Shown here piece by piece: positions 27,465 through 36,616 of a stretch of DNA of 64,000 nt (position 1 is the stretch's first letter; the number at the start of each line of letters is the position of its first letter). The position numbers and the translations under genes are program-made. This DNA is from Anaerolineales bacterium (GTDB lineage Bacteria > Chloroflexota > Anaerolineae > Anaerolineales > RBG-16-64-43). The stretch is from contig JBEKHT010000001.1 of assembly GCA_050012135.1 (NCBI GenBank), positions 83,095-147,094 of the forward strand. The letters run 5' to 3'. A model generated the notes under the pieces. That model worked only from the letters and a program-made list of their open reading frames with translations, was not told the DNA's origin and made no database searches.

Positions 27465-30107
27465 ATGGATGTTCCTCTTTCGTGGCTGAAGGAGTATGTG
27501 CGCATCGACCTTTCCCCAGCAGAGATTGCTCGACGCTTGACCTTTGCCGGGCTGGAGGTCGAGGCCGTCGACACTCTTGGGGTGAAGCGGGATCGGTCCG
27601 CCTCGGCGGCCGAGGAAAGCTTGATGCCTCCCCCCTCCGGGGCCCGATACGGGGACCTCGTTTGGGACCGCGAGAAGATTGTGGTGGGGGAGGTGTTGGA
27701 GGTGCTGCCTCATCCCAATGCCGACCGATTGGTGCTTTGCCGCCTTGGAGATGGGCAGGCTATCCACACGGTGCTGACGGGAGCCCCCAACCTTTTTCCC
27801 TACAAAGGACTGGGGCCCCTCCCCAGCCCCCTGAAAGTCGCCTACGCCCGCGAAGGAGCCGAGCTGTATGACGGCCACCAGCCGGGGTGGGTCGTGACCG
27901 TCCTGCGCCGCATGAAGATCCGCGGGGTCGACTCCTACTCGATGATCTGTTCGGAGAAGGAACTGGGAATCTCGGACGAGCATGAGGGGGTCTTGATCCT
28001 GCCTGAGGAGGCCCCTACGGGCAGGCCCCTGGCGGACTACCTGGGGGAAGTGATCTTCTCGATCAAGATCAATCCCAACATGGCGCGCAATGCGTCCATC
28101 CTTGGAATTGCGCGCGAACTCGGGGCGCTCACCGGCCGCAAGGCCAGAAGGCCTCCTTTGGCGTACCGGGCTCAGGGTTCGAGCCTGAAGCCTGAACTGC
28201 AAATCCGGATTCAAAGGCCTGACTTGAACCCGCGCTTTACCGCCGCCCTGATCCGCGGGGTGGAGATTGGACCCAGCCCGTTCTGGATGCAATGGCGGTT
28301 GCAGCGGGCAGGGATGCGACCGATCAACAACGTCGTGGATATCACGAACTACGTCATGCTTGAGATGGGTCAGCCCCTGCATGCCTTCGATTGGGATGTG
28401 CTCATTCGGCGAGCGGAAGGCGGGCCGGTGACCATCCGGACGCGTCTCCCCAAACCGGATGAAAGGCTCTTGACCCTGGATGGACAAAGCCGGGCCCTGG
28501 ATGAATTCACCCTCCTGGTCTGTGATGAGCGAGGGCCCCTTTCGATTGCGGGAGTGATGGGCGGCGCAGAGTCCGAGGTCTCCAACGGAACCGCGAACGT
28601 CCTGCTGGAGGGAGCTTCGTGGGACTACCTGAGCATTCGTCGCACGGTGCAGGCCCAGAAACTCCCCTCCGAGGCGGCCTTTCGGTTTTCGCGGGGAGTG
28701 CATCCGGCGATGACCCTCCGCGCCGTGGCCAGGGCGGCCGAGCTGATGCGGAAGTTCGCCGGGGGAACGATTGCGAGGGACATCGCAGACGTCTATCCGC
28801 GCAAAGCCCCTGTGGTCCAGGTCGACCTGCCCCTGGGCGAGGTCGCGCGGATCCTGGGTGTTTCGATCCCTGCCGCTGCCGTGACGCGCATTCTCAAGAG
28901 CTTGGAGTTTGAGGTGGAGCCGGTCCGGCCGCGGTCCCGTCGCGGACGCACAGGCCGGGATCGCCCTCCCCGATCCGAGTCGAGCCTTCCGGCCCTGCGC
29001 GTAACGGTCCCCGACCACCGCCTCGATATCGGCCGGGAGGTCGTGGGTCAGGCGGATCTCATTGAGGAGATTGCGCGCATCTACGGCTACGAGCGACTGC
29101 CCGAGGCCCAGATGGCCGACTCTCTGCCTGCCCAGCGCGGCAACCTAAGGCTGGAACAGGAGGAGAGAGCCCGGGATGTCTTGGTCGCCCTGGGGCTCCA
29201 GGAGGTGGTGACCTACCGCCTCACCACGAGGGAGCGCGAGGCCCTCTTTGAGCGCGGACCGGCGCCGGCGGAGGATTACATCACGCTGGCCAACCCAATC
29301 GCCCCCGATCGGACCGTGCTGCGCCGCTCGTTGCTCGCCAGTCTGCTGGAAGTTGCTGCCCGCAATTCGATCCAGCGGGACTCCCTTCAAGCTTTCGAAG
29401 TCGGCCCCGTCTTCCATCCCCGCAAGGAGGATCTTCCGGAGGAAGCTGTGCGCCTGGCCATCCTCATGTACGGGCCGAGGCAGCCTTTGTTCTGGCAATC
29501 CGGGGACCGAGGGCCGGTTGATTTCTATGATTTGAAAGGGGTGGTGGAAGCCTGGGCCGAGGCCTTGCATTTGCCGGAGCTGAGATTTGAGAACGAAAGG
29601 TTGCCCTGCTTCCATCCGGGCAAATGTGCGGGCATACTCATCTCCCAGGAAAAGGTTGGTGTTCTGGGCGAACTGCACCCCGAAGTCGTCGAGCGGTTGG
29701 GCCTTCCCTTCCAGAAGGTACCGGGGGCCGAGATCGACTTCGATGCCCTGCGGGCCTTTCTGCCTGAGCGGTATTCTCTGCGACCCGTTACCGCCTTCCC
29801 GCCGGTCCTCGAGGACTTGGCCGTGATCGTGCCCGAGGACACACCGGCCGAGCGCCTAATCGAGGTCATCCGCCGGGCGGCGGGGAATCTGCTGCATGAG
29901 GTGCGCATCTTTGACGTGTACCGCGGGGGACAGGTGGGGGAGGGGATGAAGAGCTTGGCCTTCTCCCTGGTCTACCAGGCGCCCGACCGCACGCTCACCG
30001 ATGCGGAGGCGGCCCGGGTGCGCGAGGAGATCATTCAGGCACTCGGCAAAGAGCTCGGTGCAAGGTTGCGCGGGCCGACGCCGGAGCGAGCCTCCCCGGC
30101 CAGTTGA
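27465..30107 (+). CDS. pheT: Phenylalanine--tRNA ligase beta subunit
   Basis: The start is placed at MDVPLSWLKEYV (the canonical PheT N-terminus, with GGGAG 8 nt upstream). ATG 27450 is the alternative. B3/B4, B5 and FDX-ACB regions are recognisable. Confidence 0.9.
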   Translation: MDVPLSWLKEYVRIDLSPAEIARRLTFAGLEVEAVDTLGVKRDRSASAAEESLMPPPSGARYGDLVWDREKIVVGEVLEVLPHPNADRLVLCRLGDGQAIHTVLTGAPNLFPYKGLGPLPSPLKVAYAREGAELYDGHQPGWVVTVLRRMKIRGVDSYSMICSEKELGISDEHEGVLILPEEAPTGRPLADYLGEVIFSIKINPNMARNASILGIARELGALTGRKARRPPLAYRAQGSSLKPELQIRIQRPDLNPRFTAALIRGVEIGPSPFWMQWRLQRAGMRPINNVVDITNYVMLEMGQPLHAFDWDVLIRRAEGGPVTIRTRLPKPDERLLTLDGQSRALDEFTLLVCDERGPLSIAGVMGGAESEVSNGTANVLLEGASWDYLSIRRTVQAQKLPSEAAFRFSRGVHPAMTLRAVARAAELMRKFAGGTIARDIADVYPRKAPVVQVDLPLGEVARILGVSIPAAAVTRILKSLEFEVEPVRPRSRRGRTGRDRPPRSESSLPALRVTVPDHRLDIGREVVGQADLIEEIARIYGYERLPEAQMADSLPAQRGNLRLEQEERARDVLVALGLQEVVTYRLTTREREALFERGPAPAEDYITLANPIAPDRTVLRRSLLASLLEVAARNSIQRDSLQAFEVGPVFHPRKEDLPEEAVRLAILMYGPRQPLFWQSGDRGPVDFYDLKGVVEAWAEALHLPELRFENERLPCFHPGKCAGILISQEKVGVLGELHPEVVERLGLPFQKVPGAEIDFDALRAFLPERYSLRPVTAFPPVLEDLAVIVPEDTPAERLIEVIRRAAGNLLHEVRIFDVYRGGQVGEGMKSLAFSLVYQAPDRTLTDAEAARVREEIIQALGKELGARLRGPTPERASPAS

Positions 30108-30112
30108 AACAG

Positions 30113-30138
30113 CGACGGCCCGTTCCCACGGGCCGTCG
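30113..30138. terminator. 10-bp GC hairpin between convergent pheT and csp (candidate bidirectional terminator)
   Basis: CGACGGCCCG-UUCCCA-CGGGCCGUCG. It has no strong U tract on the plus side and CUGUUUC on the minus side. Confidence 0.5.
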
Positions 30139-30165
30139 GTGCAGGCAAGCAAGGCGTGCCGTGTG

Positions 30166-30381
30166 CTATTTGGCGACTGGAATCACATTGGCCGCTTGCA
30201 ACCCCTTGGGGCCGTTCTCGATCGAGAACTCCACCTGCTGGCCTTCCTCCAGCTTCTTGTAGCCTTCCATCTGGATGGCCGAGAAGTGGACGAAGACATC
30301 CTCGCCACCTTCGCGGGCGATGAACCCATAGCCCTTGGTGGCATTGAACCACTTGACTGTCCCGATGATCCTTTCAGACAT
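30166..30381 (-). CDS. Cold-shock protein (CspA family)
   Basis: RNP1 KGYGFI and RNP2 VFVHFS. 71 aa. AGGAGGA lies upstream of the ATG. Confidence 0.95.
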   Translation of the reverse strand: MSERIIGTVKWFNATKGYGFIAREGGEDVFVHFSAIQMEGYKKLEEGQQVEFSIENGPKGLQAANVIPVAK

Positions 30382-30524
30382 TGCCCTTTCCTCCTACTGC
30401 AGGGAGAGAAGATGTTCGCTTGCGGGGCGCAGCCAGCGGTGGAGTAAACAAGAAAAGCCGCCTGGGCCTTGCTCCAGGTCGGCCGGTGTTACATCCGTCC
30501 TAACTTCCGCGTCCCACAAAATGG

Positions 30525-30553
30525 ATCGTAGCACAGTCGGCCTGTCAAGTCAA
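30525..30553 (-). promoter_or_regulatory. csp promoter TTGACT-N17-(TGc)TACGAT
   Basis: Read on the minus strand. It predicts a 5' UTR of about 140 nt, as is typical for cspA-type genes. Confidence 0.55.
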
Positions 30554-30678
30554 TAGCGCCCCCCAGCCTGTGTTATTGTTCTTTGAATCTGTCACCCTGC
30601 ACCACCCAGCCAGCGGCGGTACCTTCCCTCGTCCCCTCCCGGAGCACCGCCTTCGGTTTGGCCTGCGACCCCTTCCCC

Positions 30679-31944
30679 TCAACTGGGACCATGTTCGCGC
30701 AGGAATAGCCGGCCGGAGGCCTCTCGGTACACTTGGCCGTTCAGCCATTCCAAGCGAACGTATTCAAAATCTTGAAACAGGACGCCGTCTGCGTCCTCCT
30801 GGACTTCCGAAATAGGAAAACCCACGCGCTGGACCCCTTGCTGTTGGAGGTAGGTGCGGAATTGGTAGCAGACATTGTGTCCGCTCGCCTGAAGGTAGCT
30901 GCAAGCTGGGTCCACCTTGGGCGACGAAGGCGGTGTCTGTCTCCCGAGCAAGGTGTTGATCTCAACCAGGAAGGCGGGGTTAGCGCCGGGCGCTTGAGCC
31001 AAGGCGCCATAATCAAATACCTGGATCAGCCATCCCAAGTCAGCATCCGTGAAGGGTTGAGAAAGAGGCGTGCCCAGCCAAGCCGTTCCCCCCGCCTGCA
31101 GGTAAGCCGAAAGAAAGGGTTCCCCCACCGTGAAACCATTGGGGAAGACGAGCGGGCCGAGGGTGGTCGGGGATGACGCCGACCCCCGGGCAGTTGGGCT
31201 CGCGGTAGGCGAGGCGGACATCTGGCCCTTGGCGGGAGGCGGTTCCCCTTGCGTTTCGGCCTCGCGCGGCGTGGGTTTGAGGGCGGCCACGGCCAGCGCC
31301 GACCCGGATTGAAGGAGCGAGGCCTCATAGCCGCGCGCGGCAAAAAAGGACTGGCCCAAAGGTGCCAACCGCACAGCCCGGTCAGCCCAATCGAGAGTGG
31401 CATACTCGAAGTCCTGATGGAGAATCCCTGCGGCGTCGAGGCCCATTTCCGCCATGGGGGGGCCGAGATGTGCGGCCGCCTCACCCTCGTAGAATCCCAG
31501 GAAGCCAGAACAGACATTGTGCCCTGTAGCAGCGATGTACTGGCAGCCAGGATCGGTGGAGGGCGGTACCGGAGCCGTCTGCCGGCCCAGCAGGCTGTTC
31601 ACCCAGAGCGGAAAGGCTGCCTCGCTAGCCGGATCCTCAGCCAAGACCCCGAATTCAAAGACTTGCAGTTTCCATCCCAGGTCGGGGTCCAGGAAGGCCC
31701 GGCTGATGGGAGGGCCAAACCAAGTGGTACCTCCCAGTCGGGCGTAGGCCTGGGAAAAGGAATTGTCGACCTGCAGTTGCGGGGGAACCGAAGAGGAGCT
31801 GGCGGCGGGGCCCCCATTTCCGGGCGCACCCGACTGGAAGTTGCCGGTTTCGGCTGACCCACAGCCAGTGGCAATCAAGCTGGGGATCGCTAGGACTGCG
31901 AGGGCAGTGATTCGGCTTTGCCTGAGGAATTGCCACCGCAGCAT
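30679..31944 (-). CDS. Lipoprotein with internally duplicated module containing LGFP-like repeats
   Basis: Lipobox LIATGC. Two paralogous halves of about 150 aa each end in QDFEY..L.W and share the linker LLGRQT.P...DP.C.Y..A.GHNVC. Confidence 0.75.
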   Translation of the reverse strand: MLRWQFLRQSRITALAVLAIPSLIATGCGSAETGNFQSGAPGNGGPAASSSSVPPQLQVDNSFSQAYARLGGTTWFGPPISRAFLDPDLGWKLQVFEFGVLAEDPASEAAFPLWVNSLLGRQTAPVPPSTDPGCQYIAATGHNVCSGFLGFYEGEAAAHLGPPMAEMGLDAAGILHQDFEYATLDWADRAVRLAPLGQSFFAARGYEASLLQSGSALAVAALKPTPREAETQGEPPPAKGQMSASPTASPTARGSASSPTTLGPLVFPNGFTVGEPFLSAYLQAGGTAWLGTPLSQPFTDADLGWLIQVFDYGALAQAPGANPAFLVEINTLLGRQTPPSSPKVDPACSYLQASGHNVCYQFRTYLQQQGVQRVGFPISEVQEDADGVLFQDFEYVRLEWLNGQVYREASGRLFLREHGPS

Positions 31945-32022
31945 GGGACAGGCCCTCGGTGCGCTGGGGGGAATCGGCGTGAAGGCAGTATAACTCCCCG
32001 GCAGTGAGGGAGGGGAAGAACC

Positions 32023-33030
32023 CTATCGAGGCCAAGCTCTCAAGCGCCACGGCTGGCCTCGCCGCAGGCGCAAGTAGGAATCGTATCGTCGGGCGTGGAT
32101 TCTCCCCTGGACAACAGCCTCCTTCACCAGGCAGTCCGGCTCCGTGTCGTAGGTGCAATTGTTGAAGGCACATCCTCCGAGCAAGGGCCGGATCTCGGGG
32201 AAGTATTGCTCGAGATCCTCGGGCCCGACATCCCACAGCGCCATTGCCTCAAGGCCGGGGGCATCCGCCACATAGCCACCGAAGTCGAGAGCAAAGATCT
32301 CAGGCACGACCGTGGTGTGACGTCCCTTCGAGGTAGCCCAACTGATCCGGCTGACCCGCAGGCCGAGGCCTGGGGAGAGTCAGTTGAGGAGGCTTGATTT
32401 CCCCGCCCCGGAGGGGCCCGAGAGGACGGTCAGCTTGTCGCACAAGGCCTCTCGAACTTGCTCCACCCATTCATCGCTTTGCCCCGAGGTATGGAGCACG
32501 GGGTAGCCGGCGGCTCGGTACCGTTCGAAGAGGGCCTCTGCATCCGACCGCTCCACGAGATGGATCGGGTTGGCGCAAACCAGGGCCGGAAGGTGAAATC
32601 GTTCTGCGGCGATCAGGAAGCGGTCGAGCATGCGCAGATGAGGGCAGGGCTCCGCGCAAGCGAAAACGAACAGGGTTTGATCCGGATTGGCGAAAAGGTC
32701 CTGTTCGGGGCCCGGTTCTCGAGCTTCCGGCCGGGGGCTTTGGCGTGAGAGGGCGCTCTGCCGCGGGGAAACCTCCTCAATCCGTGCGGTCCCGCCGGAG
32801 GCGTGTCGGATGCGGACTCGGTCACCGGCGGCCGCGACAGCGGTTGCCAGCTGCTCTTGCTTGAGACGTCCCCACAGCTGGCAGATAAATCGGCCCTCTT
32901 CGGATTCCACGGTGAAGAATCCCGATTGGGCCTTGACGATCCGCCCTTCGACCAAGGGGCCGGAGACAGGATTCATCCGACGAGCTGGAGCGTCGGGCGG
33001 GACCCCAAGGGGAACCCCTGCCTGTCTCAT
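32023..33030 (-). pseudogene. rsgA: Ribosome small-subunit-dependent GTPase A, interrupted by one in-frame TGA (32380-32382)
   Basis: The upstream ORF ends ...GPSGAGKSSLLN-TGA. The same frame continues LSPGLGLRVSRISWATSKGRHTTVVPEIF...DAPG...CAFNNCTYDTEPDC without any gap relative to RsgA homologues. Confidence 0.8.
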
Positions 33031-35288
33031 TAGGGCTTGGGAGTTCTGGTCGCTTTCGGCGTTGGGGTGGGGCTCTCCTCCGGGGTGGGTGTGGCAGTCA
33101 ATCCAATTTCCGACTCCCAGGGGTATCGCGACTCAGGCTTTCCATAGAAATAAATTTCAAGCACGCGCCGGAAGATCGGCGCGGCCACCAGGGATCCTTC
33201 CCCCGCATTCTCAGCGATAACGGCAATGGCGATGTCCGGCAGGTCCGGTCGGTTCAAATAGGTATAGCCTGCGAACCAGGCGTGAGGATCTCCTCCCGAG
33301 TTCTCGGCGGTGCCGGTCTTGCCGGCCAGTTCGTTCTCCCAGCCATAGAAATCGAATCGCGCCGTGCCCTTCGGATCTGAAACAACGCCTCTTAGTCCGG
33401 CCTGCAGCGCGGCCAAAGTATCTGCACTGATGGGGAGCTGTCCGTTCACCTGTTTGGAAAAGGTGAACACCGGATTCCCGATCGGGGGCTGAATCGACTG
33501 GATAATCTGTGGGCGGTAGAGGGTCCCGCCGTTCCCAACAGCGGCCATGAAATCCGCCACCTGCAGGGGCGTGACCCCGGTGGCCCCCTGACCGATGGCG
33601 GAATTGACCGCATCTCCGGCTGTCCAAGCCTCACCCGTGGTCTGCGTCTTCCAGGCAGGGTCCGGGATCAAGCCGGCCGCCTCAGCAACCGCGTCGATCC
33701 CGGTGGGCTTGCCCAGGCCAAACCCTCGTGCCATGTTGGGGACAATCCAGGGGTCACGGTTGAAAAGGGCCAGGCCAATATGCCAAAAGAAGGGGTCGGA
33801 AGATTGGATCATGCCTTGAATGAGATTGACAGTTCCGATCGGAGCAGCCTTCCAGGTCACCGTCCAGCCCTCCAGGGTATACCCCGGCAACTCGGTGAAG
33901 TACCCGTTGTCCGTATAGGTGGAGTTGACAGTGAAGGCGCCCGATTCGAGGGCAGCCGACATGGTGATCACCTTGAACACCGATCCGAGGGGGTAGACAC
34001 CCTGGGTGGCCCGGTTGAGGAGTGGATTTCGCGGGTTGTTCAGCAGGGAGGAGAGGAGGAACTGGCTGTTGTAATTCGTGGGGTCGAACAGGTTGCTGTC
34101 GAAGCCCGGGCTGGACACCATCGCCAAGACCTCGCCCGTGTCTCGATTGAGGACCACCACCGCCCCCGAGAAAGAGCCCATCCCGTACCGTTGGATTTGG
34201 GTTTGCAGGCTTCGGTCGAGCGTTGTATAGACGGCGTCGGCTGGCTGCGGGTCGCTATGGCCCAGGGTGGCCAGGACTTGGCCGGAGGGCGAGACGACGT
34301 ACAGGGTCCCTCCCCGCTTGCCGGCCAGATAGGACTCCCCCCATTTTTCCAGGCCCATGATGCCGACCTTGGCGTCCTGGGGGTAGCCCTGGGCGAGATA
34401 GGCCTGGAGGTTTTCCTTGGGGATATCGTCCACATACCCGACCACATGCGAGGCGATCCCGCCGCCATAGTAATAGCGGGTTTGGGAGGTGCGGATCACT
34501 AACCCCCCCAGGCCGCTGAGGTAGTTATAGCGGGTCTTGACTTCATCCATGGACACGTCGCCCAGCGGGACATACCAGTCCGGCTGCGCCGTGGCGTATT
34601 TGGAGCGAATCACCTCGGGGTTCATGCCGAGGGTTTGGCTCAGTTGGGACAGGAGGGTCTTCTCGTCGGTGATCTGTCCGGGGATGACGCCCAGCGACAC
34701 GGCCTGGGTTTCGTAAGCCAGGGCCATCCCGTTGCGGTCGTAGATATTGGCCCGGGCCGGGGCTTGCTGATCCATCACAAGGTTGTTGCCGCCCTTCAGC
34801 TCGGGCAGGATCGTCGAGTCGTCCCACGCGACCCGCCAATTTCCGTCTTCGTACTTCAGGAGCATGGAAGTCGGTCGGGCGATATCACCGACAACCGCCG
34901 AGTGCAACGTGATCTTGTAGCTCACCTCGGCCGAATCGGGGTTCTTCTGCGAGGAGACGATTTGATAGTCCACGCCGGAGAGGGCCGCCGTATTCTCAAT
35001 GTCCTGGTAGCGCTTGGTGAAGTCATCCTGGCTCAGCGCGTCTCGGCTCAGCCGGGTAAGCAGGGCATACATCTGGGTGAAGTTGCCCTGTTTCCACGCC
35101 TCGAGGAATCCACGGGCTGCCGCCTCGGGGTCCGGAGCCACCTCGGTGTGAATCACCGGGGGAGGCAAGGTAGGCCGCGCGAACGGACTTGGCAATCCGG
35201 GAACCCCGCAGCCCGCCAGGGCACCTGCGATGATCATGGTGATCGCGAGTAAGAGTTTCTTGAGAGATGTGCTTTGGATTCGGTCCAT
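33030..35288 (-). CDS. Class B penicillin-binding protein (PBP2-type D,D-transpeptidase) with NTF2-like N-terminal domain
   Basis: Motifs SVFK, SSD and KTGTA. N-terminal lipoprotein-like signal (AGALAGC). The start is placed at ATG 35288 (MDRIQ). Confidence 0.88.
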   Translation of the reverse strand: MDRIQSTSLKKLLLAITMIIAGALAGCGVPGLPSPFARPTLPPPVIHTEVAPDPEAAARGFLEAWKQGNFTQMYALLTRLSRDALSQDDFTKRYQDIENTAALSGVDYQIVSSQKNPDSAEVSYKITLHSAVVGDIARPTSMLLKYEDGNWRVAWDDSTILPELKGGNNLVMDQQAPARANIYDRNGMALAYETQAVSLGVIPGQITDEKTLLSQLSQTLGMNPEVIRSKYATAQPDWYVPLGDVSMDEVKTRYNYLSGLGGLVIRTSQTRYYYGGGIASHVVGYVDDIPKENLQAYLAQGYPQDAKVGIMGLEKWGESYLAGKRGGTLYVVSPSGQVLATLGHSDPQPADAVYTTLDRSLQTQIQRYGMGSFSGAVVVLNRDTGEVLAMVSSPGFDSNLFDPTNYNSQFLLSSLLNNPRNPLLNRATQGVYPLGSVFKVITMSAALESGAFTVNSTYTDNGYFTELPGYTLEGWTVTWKAAPIGTVNLIQGMIQSSDPFFWHIGLALFNRDPWIVPNMARGFGLGKPTGIDAVAEAAGLIPDPAWKTQTTGEAWTAGDAVNSAIGQGATGVTPLQVADFMAAVGNGGTLYRPQIIQSIQPPIGNPVFTFSKQVNGQLPISADTLAALQAGLRGVVSDPKGTARFDFYGWENELAGKTGTAENSGGDPHAWFAGYTYLNRPDLPDIAIAVIAENAGEGSLVAAPIFRRVLEIYFYGKPESRYPWESEIGLTATPTPEESPTPTPKATRTPKP

Positions 35289-35317
35289 GGGATTTGGCGG
35301 AGAATGGCCCGCTCGCC

Positions 35318-36028
35318 TCAAGTCTTCTTCGATCCTTTCATGGGTCGCGCCGCGCTAATCTGCGCTTCCCGAACTGAGCACTGGCGCCCCAGCTGGGCCC
35401 GACAGAGGGCCGGGAGATCCGCGGGTGCGCTCAGCCCAGCCGCGAGAATGAGGTTCCGGACATGACAGAGCGGCAATCCCATCACATTGGCGTAACAACC
35501 CTCAATGCTGGCCACGGGATGAAACCCCGTGTGCTGGATGCCGTACGCTCCGGCCTTGTCCATCGGGTCGTCGGTTTCCAAGTATCTCTCCAGTTCCCTG
35601 TCCGAGTACCTCCGCATTCGCACCGAAGTGAGGGCGAGCTCGGTCCAGCTATTGTCGCTTGAGGTTTCCAAGAGGGTCAGCCCCGTAAGCACCCGATGCT
35701 TGCGACCGCGGAGTTGGCGGAGGAACTCACGCGCCTGAGCTCGAGTCCTCGGTTTTCCTAAGACATGTTGCCCGTCGGCGACGACTGTGTCCGCCGAGAG
35801 GATCCACTCGCGACGCCCCTCACGAGTATGGGCGACCGCACGTGCCTTTTCGAGGCTTAGGCGGTGCACCAGCTCCTCGGGTGACTCTCCGGATCTCGGC
35901 ATCTCGTCGATAGGGACCGAGGCGATGAGAAAGGGCCATCCAGCCAGCTGAAGGAGCTCCCGTCGACGAGGAGAGGCGGAGGCGAGGACAAGTGGAGCGT
36001 CGAGGGAGACTGGAGAGTAGCCCGACAA
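35318..36028 (-). CDS. maf: Maf-like nucleoside triphosphate pyrophosphatase
   Basis: Contains LVLASASPRRRELL and AGAYGIQ. Only a TTG start is available at 36028, so the start is uncertain. Confidence 0.82.
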   Translation of the reverse strand: MSGYSPVSLDAPLVLASASPRRRELLQLAGWPFLIASVPIDEMPRSGESPEELVHRLSLEKARAVAHTREGRREWILSADTVVADGQHVLGKPRTRAQAREFLRQLRGRKHRVLTGLTLLETSSDNSWTELALTSVRMRRYSDRELERYLETDDPMDKAGAYGIQHTGFHPVASIEGCYANVMGLPLCHVRNLILAAGLSAPADLPALCRAQLGRQCSVREAQISAARPMKGSKKT

Positions 36029-36467
36029 CCGATCTCTTGCCCAATCTACTGGAAAGTCCGCTCGGGCTCCCTGAGGCTATTGCCCCATCCTGCGGAATTC
36101 TTTCGTGCTGACCGGCCGGCAAGCAGGCCGATTCCCGGAGAAAAAGAGGCCGTAGCGACTCCAACAACGCGCAATTGTAACAAACTAAAGTGGGAAAGTC
36201 GCCCGTGCTGGTTGAGAACAGCGTGAGCAAGTGGAATTCGGCAAGGATTCGACCCATCCCGGCCACTGGGACCCATGCCTGTGATTGAAAGGACGTGAGG
36301 CCGCGCCCGGCGGGCTCGTCCTGGCTTGCGGATGTCCTTGCCGGATGAGTGTTCTCCGGGGCCACGGCTCGAACGCTTCCTGGTGCCCTCATCGCGGGGT
36401 TGTCGCGTGCCAATGACCCGGCTAGAATTGACAGGAGGATGGACCGCCACCTCAAGTACTCAGTCTC
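36006..36467 (+). ncRNA. rnpB: Candidate RNase P RNA (type A-like)
   Basis: The CR-I-like sequence GGAAAGUCCG is at 36051-36060, and the P4 3'-strand-like GACCCGGCUA is at 36415-36424. Nested and crossing long-range helices match RNase P topology. P1 is GAGACUG (36006-12) with CAGUCUC (36461-67). P2 is CGACAACC (36023-30) with GGUUGUCG (36398-405). The region has no credible ORF. Confidence 0.6.
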
Positions 36468-36616
36468 TGGTTCTGGAAAGGTGCCGGAACGAAGGGGCGG
36501 CGGGGTTGGGATAGGCTATCCGAACCTGTCTTGGGCGGCGCCGAACGTCCAGACTGGCCCTGCCCCGGCCTCCTCTCCGGACCGGCTGCAGTCGGAAATC
36601 ACCTGAGGACCCACGA

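Noticed and set aside
28919-28999. An Arg-rich insertion of about 15-20 aa (PVRPRSRRGRTGRDRPPRSESS) in PheT, between the B5-like region and the VTVPDHRLDI motif.
   Set aside because: This is a low-complexity, lineage-specific loop in a variable linker, and the frame is intact. It is not evidence of a distinct element.
27150-29018. A 622-aa minus-strand ORF. Similar long antisense ORFs occur at 476-1273, 46310-47650, 49788-51278 and 54609-55823.
   Set aside because: All are antisense to well-supported genes (pheT, the histidine kinase, the ABC ATPases, glmU, glyQS). All have low-complexity Arg/Pro/Gly-rich translations.
32380-32382. Selenocysteine, or a reassigned UGA codon, as the explanation for the rsgA stop.
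   Set aside because: UGA terminates many other genes in this window (pheS, pheT, MEMO, glmU). The position is not a redox-active or conserved Cys site in RsgA. The downstream hairpin is too small to be called a SECIS. This is retained only as a remote possibility within the rsgA finding.
36192-36204. A second GGGAAAGUCGCCC, considered as an alternative RNase P CR-I.
   Set aside because: No complementary 3' strand (GGGCG-CUU) exists downstream, and it would leave too little sequence for P5-P9. The copy at 36051 pairs with 36415-24.
36245-36253. GGAUUCGAC, which is identical to the conserved 5' motif of tmRNA.
   Set aside because: There is no tRNA-like acceptor/T-arm with GGUUCGA...CCACCA 3' end and no plausible tag reading frame ending in hydrophobic residues. 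The motif also lies inside the RNase P candidate.
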